NCBI GenBank assembly: GCA_945861645.1
Contig: CAMAVZ010000021.1
Location: 1-34,622, forward strand
Direction: 5' to 3'
From: Opitutus sp. GAS368
GTDB lineage: Bacteria > Verrucomicrobiota > Verrucomicrobiia > Opitutales > Opitutaceae
Length of the DNA stretch: 34,622 bases
This document shows positions 1 through 9,584 of the stretch, piece by piece (position 1 is the stretch's first letter; each line of letters starts with the position of its first letter). The notes under the pieces were generated by a model. That model had not been told where the DNA came from, made no database searches, and saw only the letters and a list, made by a program, of their open reading frames with translations. Made by a program: the position numbers and the translations under genes.

Positions 1-2
1 GC

Positions 3-989
3 TTAGCGATGATCGCGCTTTTTCAGAAAGCGGGCGATCTCTCGAGCAATCGGCATGGCCGGCGCGGTGCCAGGATGCATGACGGCGAGCGCCGCAACCG
101 CATTCGCGTAATGCGCCGCTTCAAAAATATCGTGTTTAAATTTGATGAGGCCGGCGGCAAAGCCGCCCACAAAGGCATCGCCGGCACCGGCGGTGTCGAC
201 CACTTCTACTTCATGCGCGCGGATGCTGAGAAAGACGTCAGGCTGGGAGACAAAACAGCCGCGAGCGCCTAGGGTGATGATAACGACGGGGACCTTGAGG
301 CAACGGCAGAGCTGATGCAGAGCATCCGGTGAGAGGGTGGCGAGCGTCGCGGCGGTGAAATTGCTCCGAGCCTTAAACGGCGCGGTGCGTAATAGGTTCG
401 CGCCGGCCGAGGTTTTTTTGATCAGGGCGACAAACTCGATCTCATTGGGAATGAGCACCTCCGTGTGCCGGAGTAGGGCGAGGTCAAATTGAGGGCCCAT
501 CGGCGCAGGGTTGAAAACCGTAATCGCGCCGTTGCGGTGCGCGGTGCGCAGGGCAAATGCGATGGTGCTGGGATCCGATTCGCCCTGGCAAACGACTACT
601 TGGGCCGGCGCGAGGAGGGCTAAGGGCAAATCGCGGGGGCGCAGTCCGAGGTTCGCCCCGGGGGAGATAATAATTTGATTTTGTCCGGCCGCATTGACGA
701 TGATGACTGCCGTCCCGGTCGCATGCTTGGGCTTCTCCACAAAATGGGCTTCAAGATTAATTTCTCGGGCAAACTTGCGGGCATTCAGGCCAAACGCATC
801 ACGGCCAACCGCGCCAATAAACAGCGTGCTAACTCCTGCCCGTAATGCGGCTACGGCCTGATTGAATCCTTTGCCGCCCGGGCCGAGGCGAAAATCACCA
901 ATGATGGACTCGCCGGGCTGCGGAAAATTTTCGGTGTAGAACGCGAGGTCCTGATTAAAACTACCAATGACAACAACCGAGGGCTTCAC
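3..989 (-). CDS. rbsK: Ribokinase (PfkB family)
   Basis: Motifs VVVIGSFNQD, GPGGKGFNQAVAA, NPAP, IPNEIE and the anion-hole motif DTAGAGDAFVG. Start moved from 1178 to GTG 989, where family similarity begins; a TAACGT -10-like hexamer lies 8 nt upstream. Confidence 0.9.
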   Translation of the reverse strand: MKPSVVVIGSFNQDLAFYTENFPQPGESIIGDFRLGPGGKGFNQAVAALRAGVSTLFIGAVGRDAFGLNARKFAREINLEAHFVEKPKHATGTAVIIVNAAGQNQIIISPGANLGLRPRDLPLALLAPAQVVVCQGESDPSTIAFALRTAHRNGAITVFNPAPMGPQFDLALLRHTEVLIPNEIEFVALIKKTSAGANLLRTAPFKARSNFTAATLATLSPDALHQLCRCLKVPVVIITLGARGCFVSQPDVFLSIRAHEVEVVDTAGAGDAFVGGFAAGLIKFKHDIFEAAHYANAVAALAVMHPGTAPAMPIAREIARFLKKRDHR

Positions 990-1291
990 AGCGGCAGACG
1001 TTAAAAGGGGCGCGCCCGCGGTGGCGACTAATTTTGTCGAACTCGAACAATTAATTTTGATCGGGCGGGTAGACGCTGCCTGCGCGTAGCTGGGTAACGC
1101 TGGGGATAGAATGAAGGTAAGCGCCGGCCTCCGCCTATCCCGTGGCGAGTCCGTTGGTCCTTTTACCCCTGCGCTCAAGTTGGCGAAGGCCTTGTTGGTG
1201 GGTCATGGCAATAGCACGAGCCGCCGGAGAATATACCAATCGGCCGAGGGACGAGCTTGCGGCAACGGGCGCCTCGTTGTTACGTCATCCC

Positions 1292-2428
1292 ATGGGGACC
1301 TTTTCCGCGTTTGATACGGCGGCTAAATTGCAGCACACCAAGGAACGGCTGTATGTACTTTGTCAGCTCAGTGGCTGGGGTCTTTTTTTGGTCATCCAAT
1401 TTAGCTTTGCGCGAGCGGCTGCTTTGGTGAATCCGCCGCAGTTAGGCCATGACCAGATGCTAGAAGCTGCCTCGATGGTCATGGTGGTGCTATTGGGTTT
1501 GGTCCTTACTCATTATGCCCGACCGTTGATTACGAGGTGGGGCTGGAAACAACTCGGCTGGCGGTCACTCTCACCGCGCATTGTGCTGATGGCCGCGATA
1601 TTATCCCTGCTTTGGATGGCGGCGGGTTTTGGTTATTCTTATGGGGTTCTCCAGTTGCCCTGGGCTTATAAAAGCAATCCCGCGATCGTGATAATTGCCA
1701 CTTGGCTCAATGGCATGGGCCTATTGGTTGGGTGGCTCTGTATTTATTTTTTCTATCATATCTATGAGCAATTGCAGCGGCTACAGGTCGAGCAATTGCG
1801 CTTGGTGGCGAACATCAAAGAAGCCGAATTGCGCGCGTTGAAGGCCCAAGTTAATCCCCATTTCCTGTTTAATTCTCTCAATAGCCTCCGCGCCTTGATT
1901 GAGGAAGATGCGCCGCGCGCGCGTGAAGCCGTGACGCGGTTGGCCAGCATGCTGCGCTATTCGCTCCAATCAGGTCAGCTAGAAACCGTCACGCTAGAGG
2001 AGGAACTGCGCACGGTAGAAGACTACTTAGCGCTTGAACAAATCCGTCACGAAAACCGTTTGCGCGTGAGTTGGCAGATTGCCGCGGCGGCCCGGACCCA
2101 AATCGTCCCGCCAATGTTGGTGCAGACGCTCGTGGAAAATGCGGTTAAGTATGGAGTTTCTATTCGTCGCGAGGGCGGGGAAGTGATGATTTCGGCGCAA
2201 ATTGAAAAACAGAGTCTCATCATTAGCGTGATCAATCCGGGGGAGCTGACTGCGCCCAGTAACGCCGCTTCAGCGTTAGCTGGTTCCTCCACGGGCGTGG
2301 GGTTGCGCAATGCCTCCGAACGACTCAAATTTTTATATGGTGACCGGGCTACGCTACGACTCTTCTCCGCTCCGGCCGGTTGCGTGTCGGCGGTCGTTTC
2401 GATTCCCCTGCCCGGCAGCAGCGCATGA
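1292..2428 (+). CDS. LytS/YehU-family membrane sensor histidine kinase
   Basis: About 4 N-terminal TM segments, H-box ELRALKAQVNPHFLFNSLN, N-box QTLVENAVKYG, G-box STGVGLRN. Start set at ATG 1292, just after a promoter-like motif. Confidence 0.92.
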   Translation: MGTFSAFDTAAKLQHTKERLYVLCQLSGWGLFLVIQFSFARAAALVNPPQLGHDQMLEAASMVMVVLLGLVLTHYARPLITRWGWKQLGWRSLSPRIVLMAAILSLLWMAAGFGYSYGVLQLPWAYKSNPAIVIIATWLNGMGLLVGWLCIYFFYHIYEQLQRLQVEQLRLVANIKEAELRALKAQVNPHFLFNSLNSLRALIEEDAPRAREAVTRLASMLRYSLQSGQLETVTLEEELRTVEDYLALEQIRHENRLRVSWQIAAAARTQIVPPMLVQTLVENAVKYGVSIRREGGEVMISAQIEKQSLIISVINPGELTAPSNAASALAGSSTGVGLRNASERLKFLYGDRATLRLFSAPAGCVSAVVSIPLPGSSA

Positions 2429-3147
2429 AAGCCTTACTGATCGATGACGAACGACTCGCGCGCAATGAACTGCGCCGATTGCTCAAGGCCCACCCCGAAA
2501 TTGAGATTATTGGCGAAGCGGTCGATGCCGCAGATGCGCTGAGCAAAGTGGAGGCGTTGAAGCCCGATCTGTTATTCTTGGATATTCAGATGCCGGGGGA
2601 TGATGGTTTTACTTTGCTCGAGAAACTGGAGCCGCCATTACCTCTGGTTATTTTTACGACGGCTTACGATCAATTTGCGGTTAAGGCCTTTGAATTTAAT
2701 GCGCTCGATTATCTGCTCAAGCCAGTGGATCCCCACCGGCTCACGGGCGCTTTGGAAAAACTGCGCATCAGCCGCGCCGGCCCGGCGCCGGCCGCGATCG
2801 CTCCGCGCCGCTTAGCGCCCGAAGATAAAGTTTTTGTACGCGAAGGTGAGCGCTGCTGGTTTGTCGCGGTAAAAAATATTCGCCTACTAGAGTCAGAAGG
2901 GAATTACACCCGGCTCTATTTTGAGGAGCAGAAGCCGCAATTATTCCGATCCTTAACGGCAATGGAAGAGCGGCTCGATCCGCAGCATTTCTTCCGCGCC
3001 AATCGTAAACAAGTCATCAATCTTGCCTGGGTGGAGGGGATCGAGCCGTGGTTCAGTGGGGGCTTGCTGGTCAAGCTCAAGGGCGGCGTCAAGGTCGAGC
3101 TCTCCCGCCGGCAGGCCCAGGACTTCCGCGAACGCATGAGCCTGTGA
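2425..3147 (+). CDS. LytTR-family response regulator
   Basis: REC domain (LIDDE, LFLDIQMPG, FTTAYD, YLLKP) plus LytTR domain (ESEGNY, FFRANRKQVINL, LSRR). ATGA overlap with the kinase stop. Confidence 0.95.
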   Translation: MKALLIDDERLARNELRRLLKAHPEIEIIGEAVDAADALSKVEALKPDLLFLDIQMPGDDGFTLLEKLEPPLPLVIFTTAYDQFAVKAFEFNALDYLLKPVDPHRLTGALEKLRISRAGPAPAAIAPRRLAPEDKVFVREGERCWFVAVKNIRLLESEGNYTRLYFEEQKPQLFRSLTAMEERLDPQHFFRANRKQVINLAWVEGIEPWFSGGLLVKLKGGVKVELSRRQAQDFRERMSL

Positions 3148-3164
3148 CGAATCCTTATCAAGGT

Positions 3165-3220
3165 GGAGCTCAGGAAAGTAGGAATAAGTGGTGGCAGGAT
3201 ATTCTGATTTTCTGAGTTTC
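3165..3220. repeat. Imperfect inverted repeat (REP-like hairpin)
   Basis: GGAGCTCAGGAAAGTAGGAAT (3165-3185) pairs, with G-U pairs and a few mismatches, to ATTCTGATTTTCTGAGTTTC (3201-3220). Confidence 0.45.
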
Positions 3221-3246
3221 GTATTTGTCTTTAACCCTCTCCCGCC

Positions 3247-4008
3247 ATGATCGAAGCCCGTAACCTGACTAAGACCTTTAAAGACAAGAAGCGCGGTGTC
3301 ATCACCGCCGTGAACGACGTTTCCTTCACCTGCCGGCCCGGCCAGATCTACGGGCTGCTCGGGGCCAACGGCGCGGGCAAGACCACCACGTTACGCCTGC
3401 TGGCCACGTTGCTGCAGCCCACGAGCGGCGCGGCGCGGCTCGCGGGCTTTGATGCGGCCACGGAGGCGAACCAAGTGCGGGCTCATGTCGGCTTTCTCGC
3501 CGCCAGCACGGCGCTCTACGGCCGGCTCACGGCGCGCGAGATGATCACCTATTTTGGCCGGCTCAATGGGCTGGCCGACGCGACCATCAAGGAACGGCTC
3601 AACCGGCTCGCCGCCGAGCTCGACATGCGGGATTTTCTCGACCGGCGCTGCGATAAATTTTCCACCGGGATGAAGCAGAAGACCTCCATCGCCCGCACCC
3701 TGATCCACGATCCGGCGGTGATGATCTTTGACGAGCCCACCCTCGGCCTCGACGTGATGACCGCCCGTTCCATCGTCAAGTTTGTCCGGGATTGCCGCAA
3801 TCGCGGCAAGACCGTCATCTATTCTACTCATGTCATGAGCGAGGTGGAGAAAATCTGCGATGTCATCGGTATCATCCATGACGGGCGGCTCGTGACCGAG
3901 GGCACGCTGGCCGAGCTGCGGCAGCGTTTCGGCGAGACCGACATGGAGGAGATCTTCGTCAAGGCCGTCGGCGGCGAGGCGGCTCTAGTGGCGGCGTTGA
4001 AAAATTAA
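3247..4008 (+). CDS. natA: NatA-like ABC transporter ATP-binding protein (Na+ efflux family)
   Basis: Walker [10 protein letters not shown], signature FSTGMKQK typical of NatA, Walker [12 protein letters not shown]-loop STH; directly upstream of a NatB-like permease. Confidence 0.85.
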   Translation: MIEARNLTKTFKDKKRGVITAVNDVSFTCRPGQIYGLLGANGAGKTTTLRLLATLLQPTSGAARLAGFDAATEANQVRAHVGFLAASTALYGRLTAREMITYFGRLNGLADATIKERLNRLAAELDMRDFLDRRCDKFSTGMKQKTSIARTLIHDPAVMIFDEPTLGLDVMTARSIVKFVRDCRNRGKTVIYSTHVMSEVEKICDVIGIIHDGRLVTEGTLAELRQRFGETDMEEIFVKAVGGEAALVAALKN

Positions 4009-4019
4009 GGAACCATCCC

Positions 4020-5261
4020 ATGAACTGGCAAAATATTCTCACGGTCTATCTGAAGGAGCTGAAGGACTCGCTGCGCGACCGCCGCACGCTCATCTCCATG
4101 ATTGTGGTGCCCACGCTCATCATGCCGATCATCATGTTTGGCGTTGGCACTGTCATGACCAAGGTCGTGCAGCAGGCCCAGAGCGAGACGGTGTCGGTCA
4201 TGCTTTTGGGCGGCGCGGATTCGCCAGGCGTCGTCGCCGCGCTGAAGGCGGACAAGAAATTTCGGCTCGTGCCGGCGGCCGCCGACTACCAGCAGCTGAT
4301 CTCGGACAAGAAGGTGCGTGTGGCCGTGGAGCTTCCCGCGGGATTTGAAGCGGCCCTCAAGGGCGGCGAGGTGCAGACCGTTTCCCTCTATTATTATGCA
4401 GGGGAGCTGAAATCAGGCTTTGGCCTGAAAGCCGTGCAGGACTTTTTCACCTCCCTGAAGGAAAAGACGATTGAAACCCGTCTGGCGGACCGGGGTTTGC
4501 CGGCGGCCGTCATTAAACCCTTTGTGATCCGGAAACAGAATGTCGCGCCCCCGGAGAAAGTCGGCGGTAATGCCATTGGTGGCTTTATTCCCTATCTGAT
4601 CATCATCCTGTGTTTCACTGGCGCGATGTATCCGGCGATGGACCTCACGGCGGGGGAAAAGGAGCGCGGCACGATGGAGACGCTGCTGTGCAGCCCGGTC
4701 CATCGCATCAATATCGTGATGGGCAAATTCCTCATGGTGCTGACGGCGTCCCTGACCACCGTGCTGTTGTCGATTGTTTCCATGGGGGTGAGCGCCGCGC
4801 TCGGGGTGATGTATTTCGGCGGCAAGGCCACGTCGCAGAGCGCCACTTCGGCCATGGTCGGCCAGGCGGCGGAAGGCGGTAGCATTCCGCTCATCGACCC
4901 GGTGGGCTTGATCGGGGTTGCGGCCCTGGTCTTGCCGGTTGCGGTGTTCTTTGCGGCCCTGTTGCTCGCCATTTCCCTTTTCGCGAAGAGCTACAAGGAG
5001 GCGCAAAGCTACATCTCACCCCTCATCGTCGTGGTCATCATGCCGGCGGTGATCGGCATGCTGCCCGGGGTGGAGCTGAACGCTAAGCTGGCCCTGGTGC
5101 CGATCCTCAATCTCTCGCTGGTGTGCAAAGAGATGCTCTCGGGCGTGTGGCACTGGGACTATATCGCTTTGATCTTCGGCTCCTCGTGCGTTTATGCGGC
5201 CATCGCTCTCGGCTTTGCGGTCAAGATGTTCAATCGCGAAGACGTCATGTTCCGCGCTTAG
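4020..5261 (+). CDS. natB: NatB-like ABC-2 permease
   Basis: N-terminal KELKDSLRDRRTL and the NatB motif DLTAGEKERGTMETLL; AKSYKEAQSY; multiple TM helices. Confidence 0.85.
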   Translation: MNWQNILTVYLKELKDSLRDRRTLISMIVVPTLIMPIIMFGVGTVMTKVVQQAQSETVSVMLLGGADSPGVVAALKADKKFRLVPAAADYQQLISDKKVRVAVELPAGFEAALKGGEVQTVSLYYYAGELKSGFGLKAVQDFFTSLKEKTIETRLADRGLPAAVIKPFVIRKQNVAPPEKVGGNAIGGFIPYLIIILCFTGAMYPAMDLTAGEKERGTMETLLCSPVHRINIVMGKFLMVLTASLTTVLLSIVSMGVSAALGVMYFGGKATSQSATSAMVGQAAEGGSIPLIDPVGLIGVAALVLPVAVFFAALLLAISLFAKSYKEAQSYISPLIVVVIMPAVIGMLPGVELNAKLALVPILNLSLVCKEMLSGVWHWDYIALIFGSSCVYAAIALGFAVKMFNREDVMFRA

Positions 5262-5280
5262 CTGCCGCGCTCGGGCGGGA

Positions 5281-7137
5281 CTATTCTTTCTCTAACTCGG
5301 TCAACCGGCTGGCAGCGGCTTCCCACGCCGTGGTCGCCGCTTGGAGTTGGTCGACGAGCACGCTGAGTTCGCGATTTAAATGCTGAGCCTTGCCCGGTGA
5401 GTTATATGTTTCGGGGGCCTCAAGTTCAGCAGTTAATTCATTTTGCTTGGTCTCGAGTTGGGAAACTTTTTCTTCCAGGTGGCCCACTTCCGTGCGGAGT
5501 TTTTTTACATGAGCGGGGTTAGCCTTCTTCGGGGCAGCTGGTTTTGGCGCTGCCGCGCTGGTCTGTTTCGGGCGCGCATCAGTGAAGCCGGCGGTGAGCG
5601 CGGCTCGGGCGCTGCTGGCTTTGGATTTCTCCAAGTAATAATCGTAGTTGCCAGAATAAGGGGTGAGCCGGCCGCTATGCACGTGGAGCACGGTTTGCGC
5701 TAGTTGGCGGATAAAATAGACGTCGTGGCTGATGAAGATAAACGTGCCCTCGTAATTTTTGAGCGCATTGACCAAGGAGTCGATCGACGGAATGTCGAGG
5801 TGGGTCGTCGGCTCGTCCATCAGGAGGAGGTTGGGCGGATTGACGAGCAAGCGGGCGAGGGCAAGGCGCGATTTTTCTCCGCCGGAGAGGACTGAAACTT
5901 TTTTATGCACGTCATCCTTGCGGAAGAGAAAACCGCCGAGCACGGCACGGGCCTGTTGCTCGGTGAGTTGGTTCTCGTTGGTGCGCAGCTCCATCACGTT
6001 TTCAAACACGGTGAGGTCGAGCTTAAGATTGTCGGCGCGGTTTTGGGCGAAATAGCCCGGCACCACGTTGCTCCCGAGGTTAATTTCGCCGCCCTGGATC
6101 GGGATGACACTAGCGAGAATCTTTAAAAGCGTGGACTTACCGGAGCCGTTCGGACCCACGAGGACAATTTTTTGCGCCCGCTCGGCCTCAAAATTTAAAT
6201 CGGTGTAGACCACATGATCGCCATAGGCCTGTCGGACTTTTTTTAAATTAACCACTTTCAGTCCGGAGCGCGGCGGCTGCGGGAAGCGGAAATTAATTTT
6301 TTTCAGATCCTCCCACGGCTCTTCCACGGCGACGTCCTTGAGGCGCTCGATCTGCTTTTCCTTGGATTTGGCCCGCGAAGCCATGGAGGCCTTGGCGCCA
6401 AAGCGGTCGACGAATTTCTGGAGATGAGCAATTTCGCGCTGCTGATTTTTGAACTGCGCCGCCTGCTGCTCTTTGCGGGCATCTTTCTCGTTGAGATAAT
6501 CGTCGTAGTTGCCGGTGTACTTGTTGAGGGTGCCACTCCGTAGCTCGAGGATGCCGTTGCACAGGGAATTTAAAAATTCGCGATCGTGAGAAATGAGCAC
6601 CAGGCCGCCGGGGTAGCGCGTCAGGTAATCCTGAAACCAGAGCAGCGCTTCGAGATCGAGATGGTTGGTGGGCTCATCGAGCAACAGGAGCGCCGGCTCA
6701 CTGACAAGCAAACGGGCGAGATGGGCGCGCATGACCCAGCCGCCCGAGAAGGACTTGGCCTGTTTATTGTGATCGCTTTCACGAAACCCAAGACCAGCGA
6801 GAATTTTTTTGGCGCGGGGCTCGAGCGTCCAATCGATGTCGTAGTCATCGTCGTTTTCCGGCACGAGTTTCTTGCCGCTGGTGGCGATGGCTAAAATCGT
6901 TTCGTCGCGCACCGGGGCGCTCTCCTGCGGCAGGTAGCCGAAATCGGCGCCGCGCTCCCATTCAATCGTTCCTTCGTCGGGGGTTTCCTCGCCCAAGATC
7001 AGGTTGAAGAGGGTGGATTTGCCTGCGCCATTGGGCCCCACCAGGCCGAAGCGATCCGTGCGCGCAACGAAAAGCGATACGTCCGAGAAGAGTTCTCGGG
7101 TACCGTAGGACTTGGCGACATCGGCAATGGTTAACAT
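5281..7137 (-). CDS. ABC-F family ribosome-associated ATPase (YheS/Uup-like)
   Basis: Two ABC domains (GPNGAGKST...FSGGW...DEPTNHLD and GPNGSGKST...LSGGEK...DEPTTHLD), interdomain linker, C-terminal coiled coil, no TM segments. Confidence 0.95.
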   Translation of the reverse strand: MLTIADVAKSYGTRELFSDVSLFVARTDRFGLVGPNGAGKSTLFNLILGEETPDEGTIEWERGADFGYLPQESAPVRDETILAIATSGKKLVPENDDDYDIDWTLEPRAKKILAGLGFRESDHNKQAKSFSGGWVMRAHLARLLVSEPALLLLDEPTNHLDLEALLWFQDYLTRYPGGLVLISHDREFLNSLCNGILELRSGTLNKYTGNYDDYLNEKDARKEQQAAQFKNQQREIAHLQKFVDRFGAKASMASRAKSKEKQIERLKDVAVEEPWEDLKKINFRFPQPPRSGLKVVNLKKVRQAYGDHVVYTDLNFEAERAQKIVLVGPNGSGKSTLLKILASVIPIQGGEINLGSNVVPGYFAQNRADNLKLDLTVFENVMELRTNENQLTEQQARAVLGGFLFRKDDVHKKVSVLSGGEKSRLALARLLVNPPNLLLMDEPTTHLDIPSIDSLVNALKNYEGTFIFISHDVYFIRQLAQTVLHVHSGRLTPYSGNYDYYLEKSKASSARAALTAGFTDARPKQTSAAAPKPAAPKKANPAHVKKLRTEVGHLEEKVSQLETKQNELTAELEAPETYNSPGKAQHLNRELSVLVDQLQAATTAWEAAASRLTELEKE

Positions 7138-7303
7138 GGAAAACCCGCGAGTCAGCAGAGTACCGTACCCGCGGTCAATGGCACACTTGCGGGGTCTGGT
7201 AATCTTTTGGAAGCTGATGATCGATAGTTATCTGCAAGGTTAAGATCATGAAAATAACATCGCGCCGACGCGCTCCTCGTCTCACGACGCCTTAACGCGC
7301 ACT

Positions 7304-7332
7304 TTGCATCTTAAGTTTTTATGCTCTAGCCT
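7304..7332 (+). promoter_or_regulatory. Putative sigma70-like promoter, near-leaderless
   Basis: TTGCAT (7304-7309) - 17 nt - TAGCCT (7327-7332), 8 nt before ATG 7341. Confidence 0.55.
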
Positions 7333-7340
7333 CGGCGGAA

Positions 7341-9584
7341 ATGTCTAATCGCCTGGCTGCTGAAAAATCTCCGTACCTCCGCCAACACGCGGATAATCCC
7401 GTGCATTGGCAGCCCTGGGGTGAGGCCGCGCTGGCGCAAGCTAAGACGGAGCAGAAGCCGATCTTCCTGAGTATTGGTTACTCGACGTGCCACTGGTGCC
7501 ATGTGATGGCACATGAGTCTTTTGAAAATCCGGCGGTCGCCGCGGTGTTAAATCAGGACTTTGTGCCGATCAAAGTAGATCGGGAAGAGCGGCCGGACCT
7601 CGACCGAGTTTACATGACCTATGTACAGCAGACGACGGGTCACGGTGGTTGGCCGATGAGCGTGTGGCTGACGCCCGAAGGGAAACCGTTTTTTGGCGGA
7701 ACTTATTTTCCGCCCGATGATCGGCCAGGCCGCGCTGGGTTTGTGACGGTGTTACGCGCGATCACGCGGCACTGGGCGGAGCAGCGGGCTAAAATTCTAA
7801 AGGGTGCTGATGAGGTGGTCAGCGGATTGCAGCGGGCAAGCTTAGTCAGTGGCCAGAGCGAAGGCCGCGATGAGCTTACGCCAGCGGTCCCGTTGTTCGA
7901 AGTCGCCGAGCAGGCTTTTGAACAAGGCTATCACTATTTTAAGGATGCGCATGATGAGCAGTGGGGTGGTTTTGGGGGTGCCCCAAAATTTCCCCGCGCT
8001 TCAGTGCTTAATTTTTTATTCCGGAGCGCTGCGCTGCAAGGCGGTGAGTCGGCTTTCGGCAGGGAGGCCGTGAATTTAGCAACGCATACCTTACAAAAAA
8101 TGGCGGAGGGCGGTCTCCATGATCATGTGGGCGGTGGGTTTCATCGTTACTCCGTCGATGAAAAATGGTTCGTCCCGCATTTTGAAAAAATGCTCTACGA
8201 CCAAGCGCAAATGGCGATCAACTACTTGGAGGCCAAGCAGGCCACTGGCCAAGAGGCTTTTGCTTGGGTTGCGCGCGGGATATTTGCGTATGTCGCGCGG
8301 GATTTGACTGGTCCAGCTGGGGGATTTTATTCCGCAGAGGATGCGGATAGCGCCGTGCTATTGCCGGCGGGGCAGGCCGATACTGCGGCTAAACCGGCTC
8401 ATATCGAAGGGGCATTCTACGTTTGGACGCAGGCGGAGATAATTCAGGAACTCGCCGCTGATGCCCCATTTTTCCGCGCGCATTATGGGGTTAAGGATGG
8501 CGGCAATGTGGCGCATGATCCCCACGGTGAATTTAGCGGAAAGAATGTTTTAATGCAGCAGCAGTCGCTGGCCCTAACCGCCCGCGCATTTCAACTCGAG
8601 GTGGGGGCTGCGAGTGAGCAGTTGTTGCGCTGCTTGGAAAAGTTGCGGGTGGCGCGCGGTCGCCGGCCCCGGCCCTCGCTCGATGATAAAATTATTACAG
8701 CTTGGAATGGGCTCATGATTTCCGCGTTAGCCAAGGGACATCAGGTGCTGGGTGGGGCCTTGGCGGCTCAGCCCGAAGATGCGTTTTATTTGCGGGCGGC
8801 GACGCGGGCGGCAGAATTTATTGAGCGAGAGCTCTACGATGCGGCGACCGGCGTCCTTTATCGCAGCTGGCGCGAGGGCCGGAGTGATATTGCCGGCTTT
8901 GCGGAAGACTATGCTTATCTTATCCAAGGGTTGCTTGATCTCTATGAAGCGGGCTACGAGCTCCGTTGGTTGCAGTGGGCGGAAAAACTCCAAGCCAAGA
9001 TGGACCAACTATTTTGGGATGACTCAGGTGCGGTTGGTGGCGGCGGTTATTTCAATTCACGAGCGGATGACGCGACGGTAATTGTGCGGTTGAAAGAAGA
9101 TTATGATGGAGCGGAACCGGCCCCCAATTCGGTGGCCGCGATGAATCTAGTGCGGTTGGATTGGATGCTGGGGGCGGCGGCGCAGCGTGTAGCTGCGAGT
9201 GGCGATAACCTAACTTTGGCCGAGCGCGCCCGCCTGATCACGCAGGCCTTGCAAACCCAGTGGAGTCGCGCGCCCCATGCGCTGCCCCAGATGTTGTGTG
9301 CCCTAGAATTAACGCTAGCGGAGCCCCGCACGGTAATTTTGGCGGGTGATCCTCACTCCGTGGATTTTAAAAAACTGGCCGCCGTTATACACGAAAAGTT
9401 GGCGCGGCGCCGTGTGGTGCTTTGGGCTGAGCGTGGCCCGGGGCAGGCTTGGTTAGCGGCGCGGCGGCCCGATTTAGCAGAATTACCGGCCGCAATAAAT
9501 CAGCCGGTGGCTTATGTATGCGCGGACCGTACCTGCCAGGCCCCCGTCACCACCCCGGAAGCTTTGCGAAGATTACTTGGCTAG
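7341..9584 (+). CDS. YyaL/SSP411-like thioredoxin-domain protein with six-hairpin glycosidase-like domain
   Basis: [73 protein letters not shown]-terminal YVCxxxxC. Confidence 0.93.
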   Translation: MSNRLAAEKSPYLRQHADNPVHWQPWGEAALAQAKTEQKPIFLSIGYSTCHWCHVMAHESFENPAVAAVLNQDFVPIKVDREERPDLDRVYMTYVQQTTGHGGWPMSVWLTPEGKPFFGGTYFPPDDRPGRAGFVTVLRAITRHWAEQRAKILKGADEVVSGLQRASLVSGQSEGRDELTPAVPLFEVAEQAFEQGYHYFKDAHDEQWGGFGGAPKFPRASVLNFLFRSAALQGGESAFGREAVNLATHTLQKMAEGGLHDHVGGGFHRYSVDEKWFVPHFEKMLYDQAQMAINYLEAKQATGQEAFAWVARGIFAYVARDLTGPAGGFYSAEDADSAVLLPAGQADTAAKPAHIEGAFYVWTQAEIIQELAADAPFFRAHYGVKDGGNVAHDPHGEFSGKNVLMQQQSLALTARAFQLEVGAASEQLLRCLEKLRVARGRRPRPSLDDKIITAWNGLMISALAKGHQVLGGALAAQPEDAFYLRAATRAAEFIERELYDAATGVLYRSWREGRSDIAGFAEDYAYLIQGLLDLYEAGYELRWLQWAEKLQAKMDQLFWDDSGAVGGGGYFNSRADDATVIVRLKEDYDGAEPAPNSVAAMNLVRLDWMLGAAAQRVAASGDNLTLAERARLITQALQTQWSRAPHALPQMLCALELTLAEPRTVILAGDPHSVDFKKLAAVIHEKLARRRVVLWAERGPGQAWLAARRPDLAELPAAINQPVAYVCADRTCQAPVTTPEALRRLLG

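Noticed and set aside
1035-1050. TGTCGAACTCGAACAA as a Verrucomicrobia LexA box (TGTTC-N4-GAACA)
   Set aside because: Only the GAACA half-site matches, and the flanking genes are not SOS genes.
990-1291. N-terminal extensions of rbsK (to 1178) and the kinase (from 1142) that would overlap head to head
   Set aside because: No family similarity in the extensions, and better starts with promoter-like motifs exist at 989 and 1292.
3391-5006. Antisense ORFs of 162 and 197 aa over natA/natB
   Set aside because: Shadow frames expected from high GC3; no protein motifs.
7179-7190. TGGCACACTTGC as a sigma54 promoter
   Set aside because: GG-to-GC spacing is 7 nt rather than the required 10.
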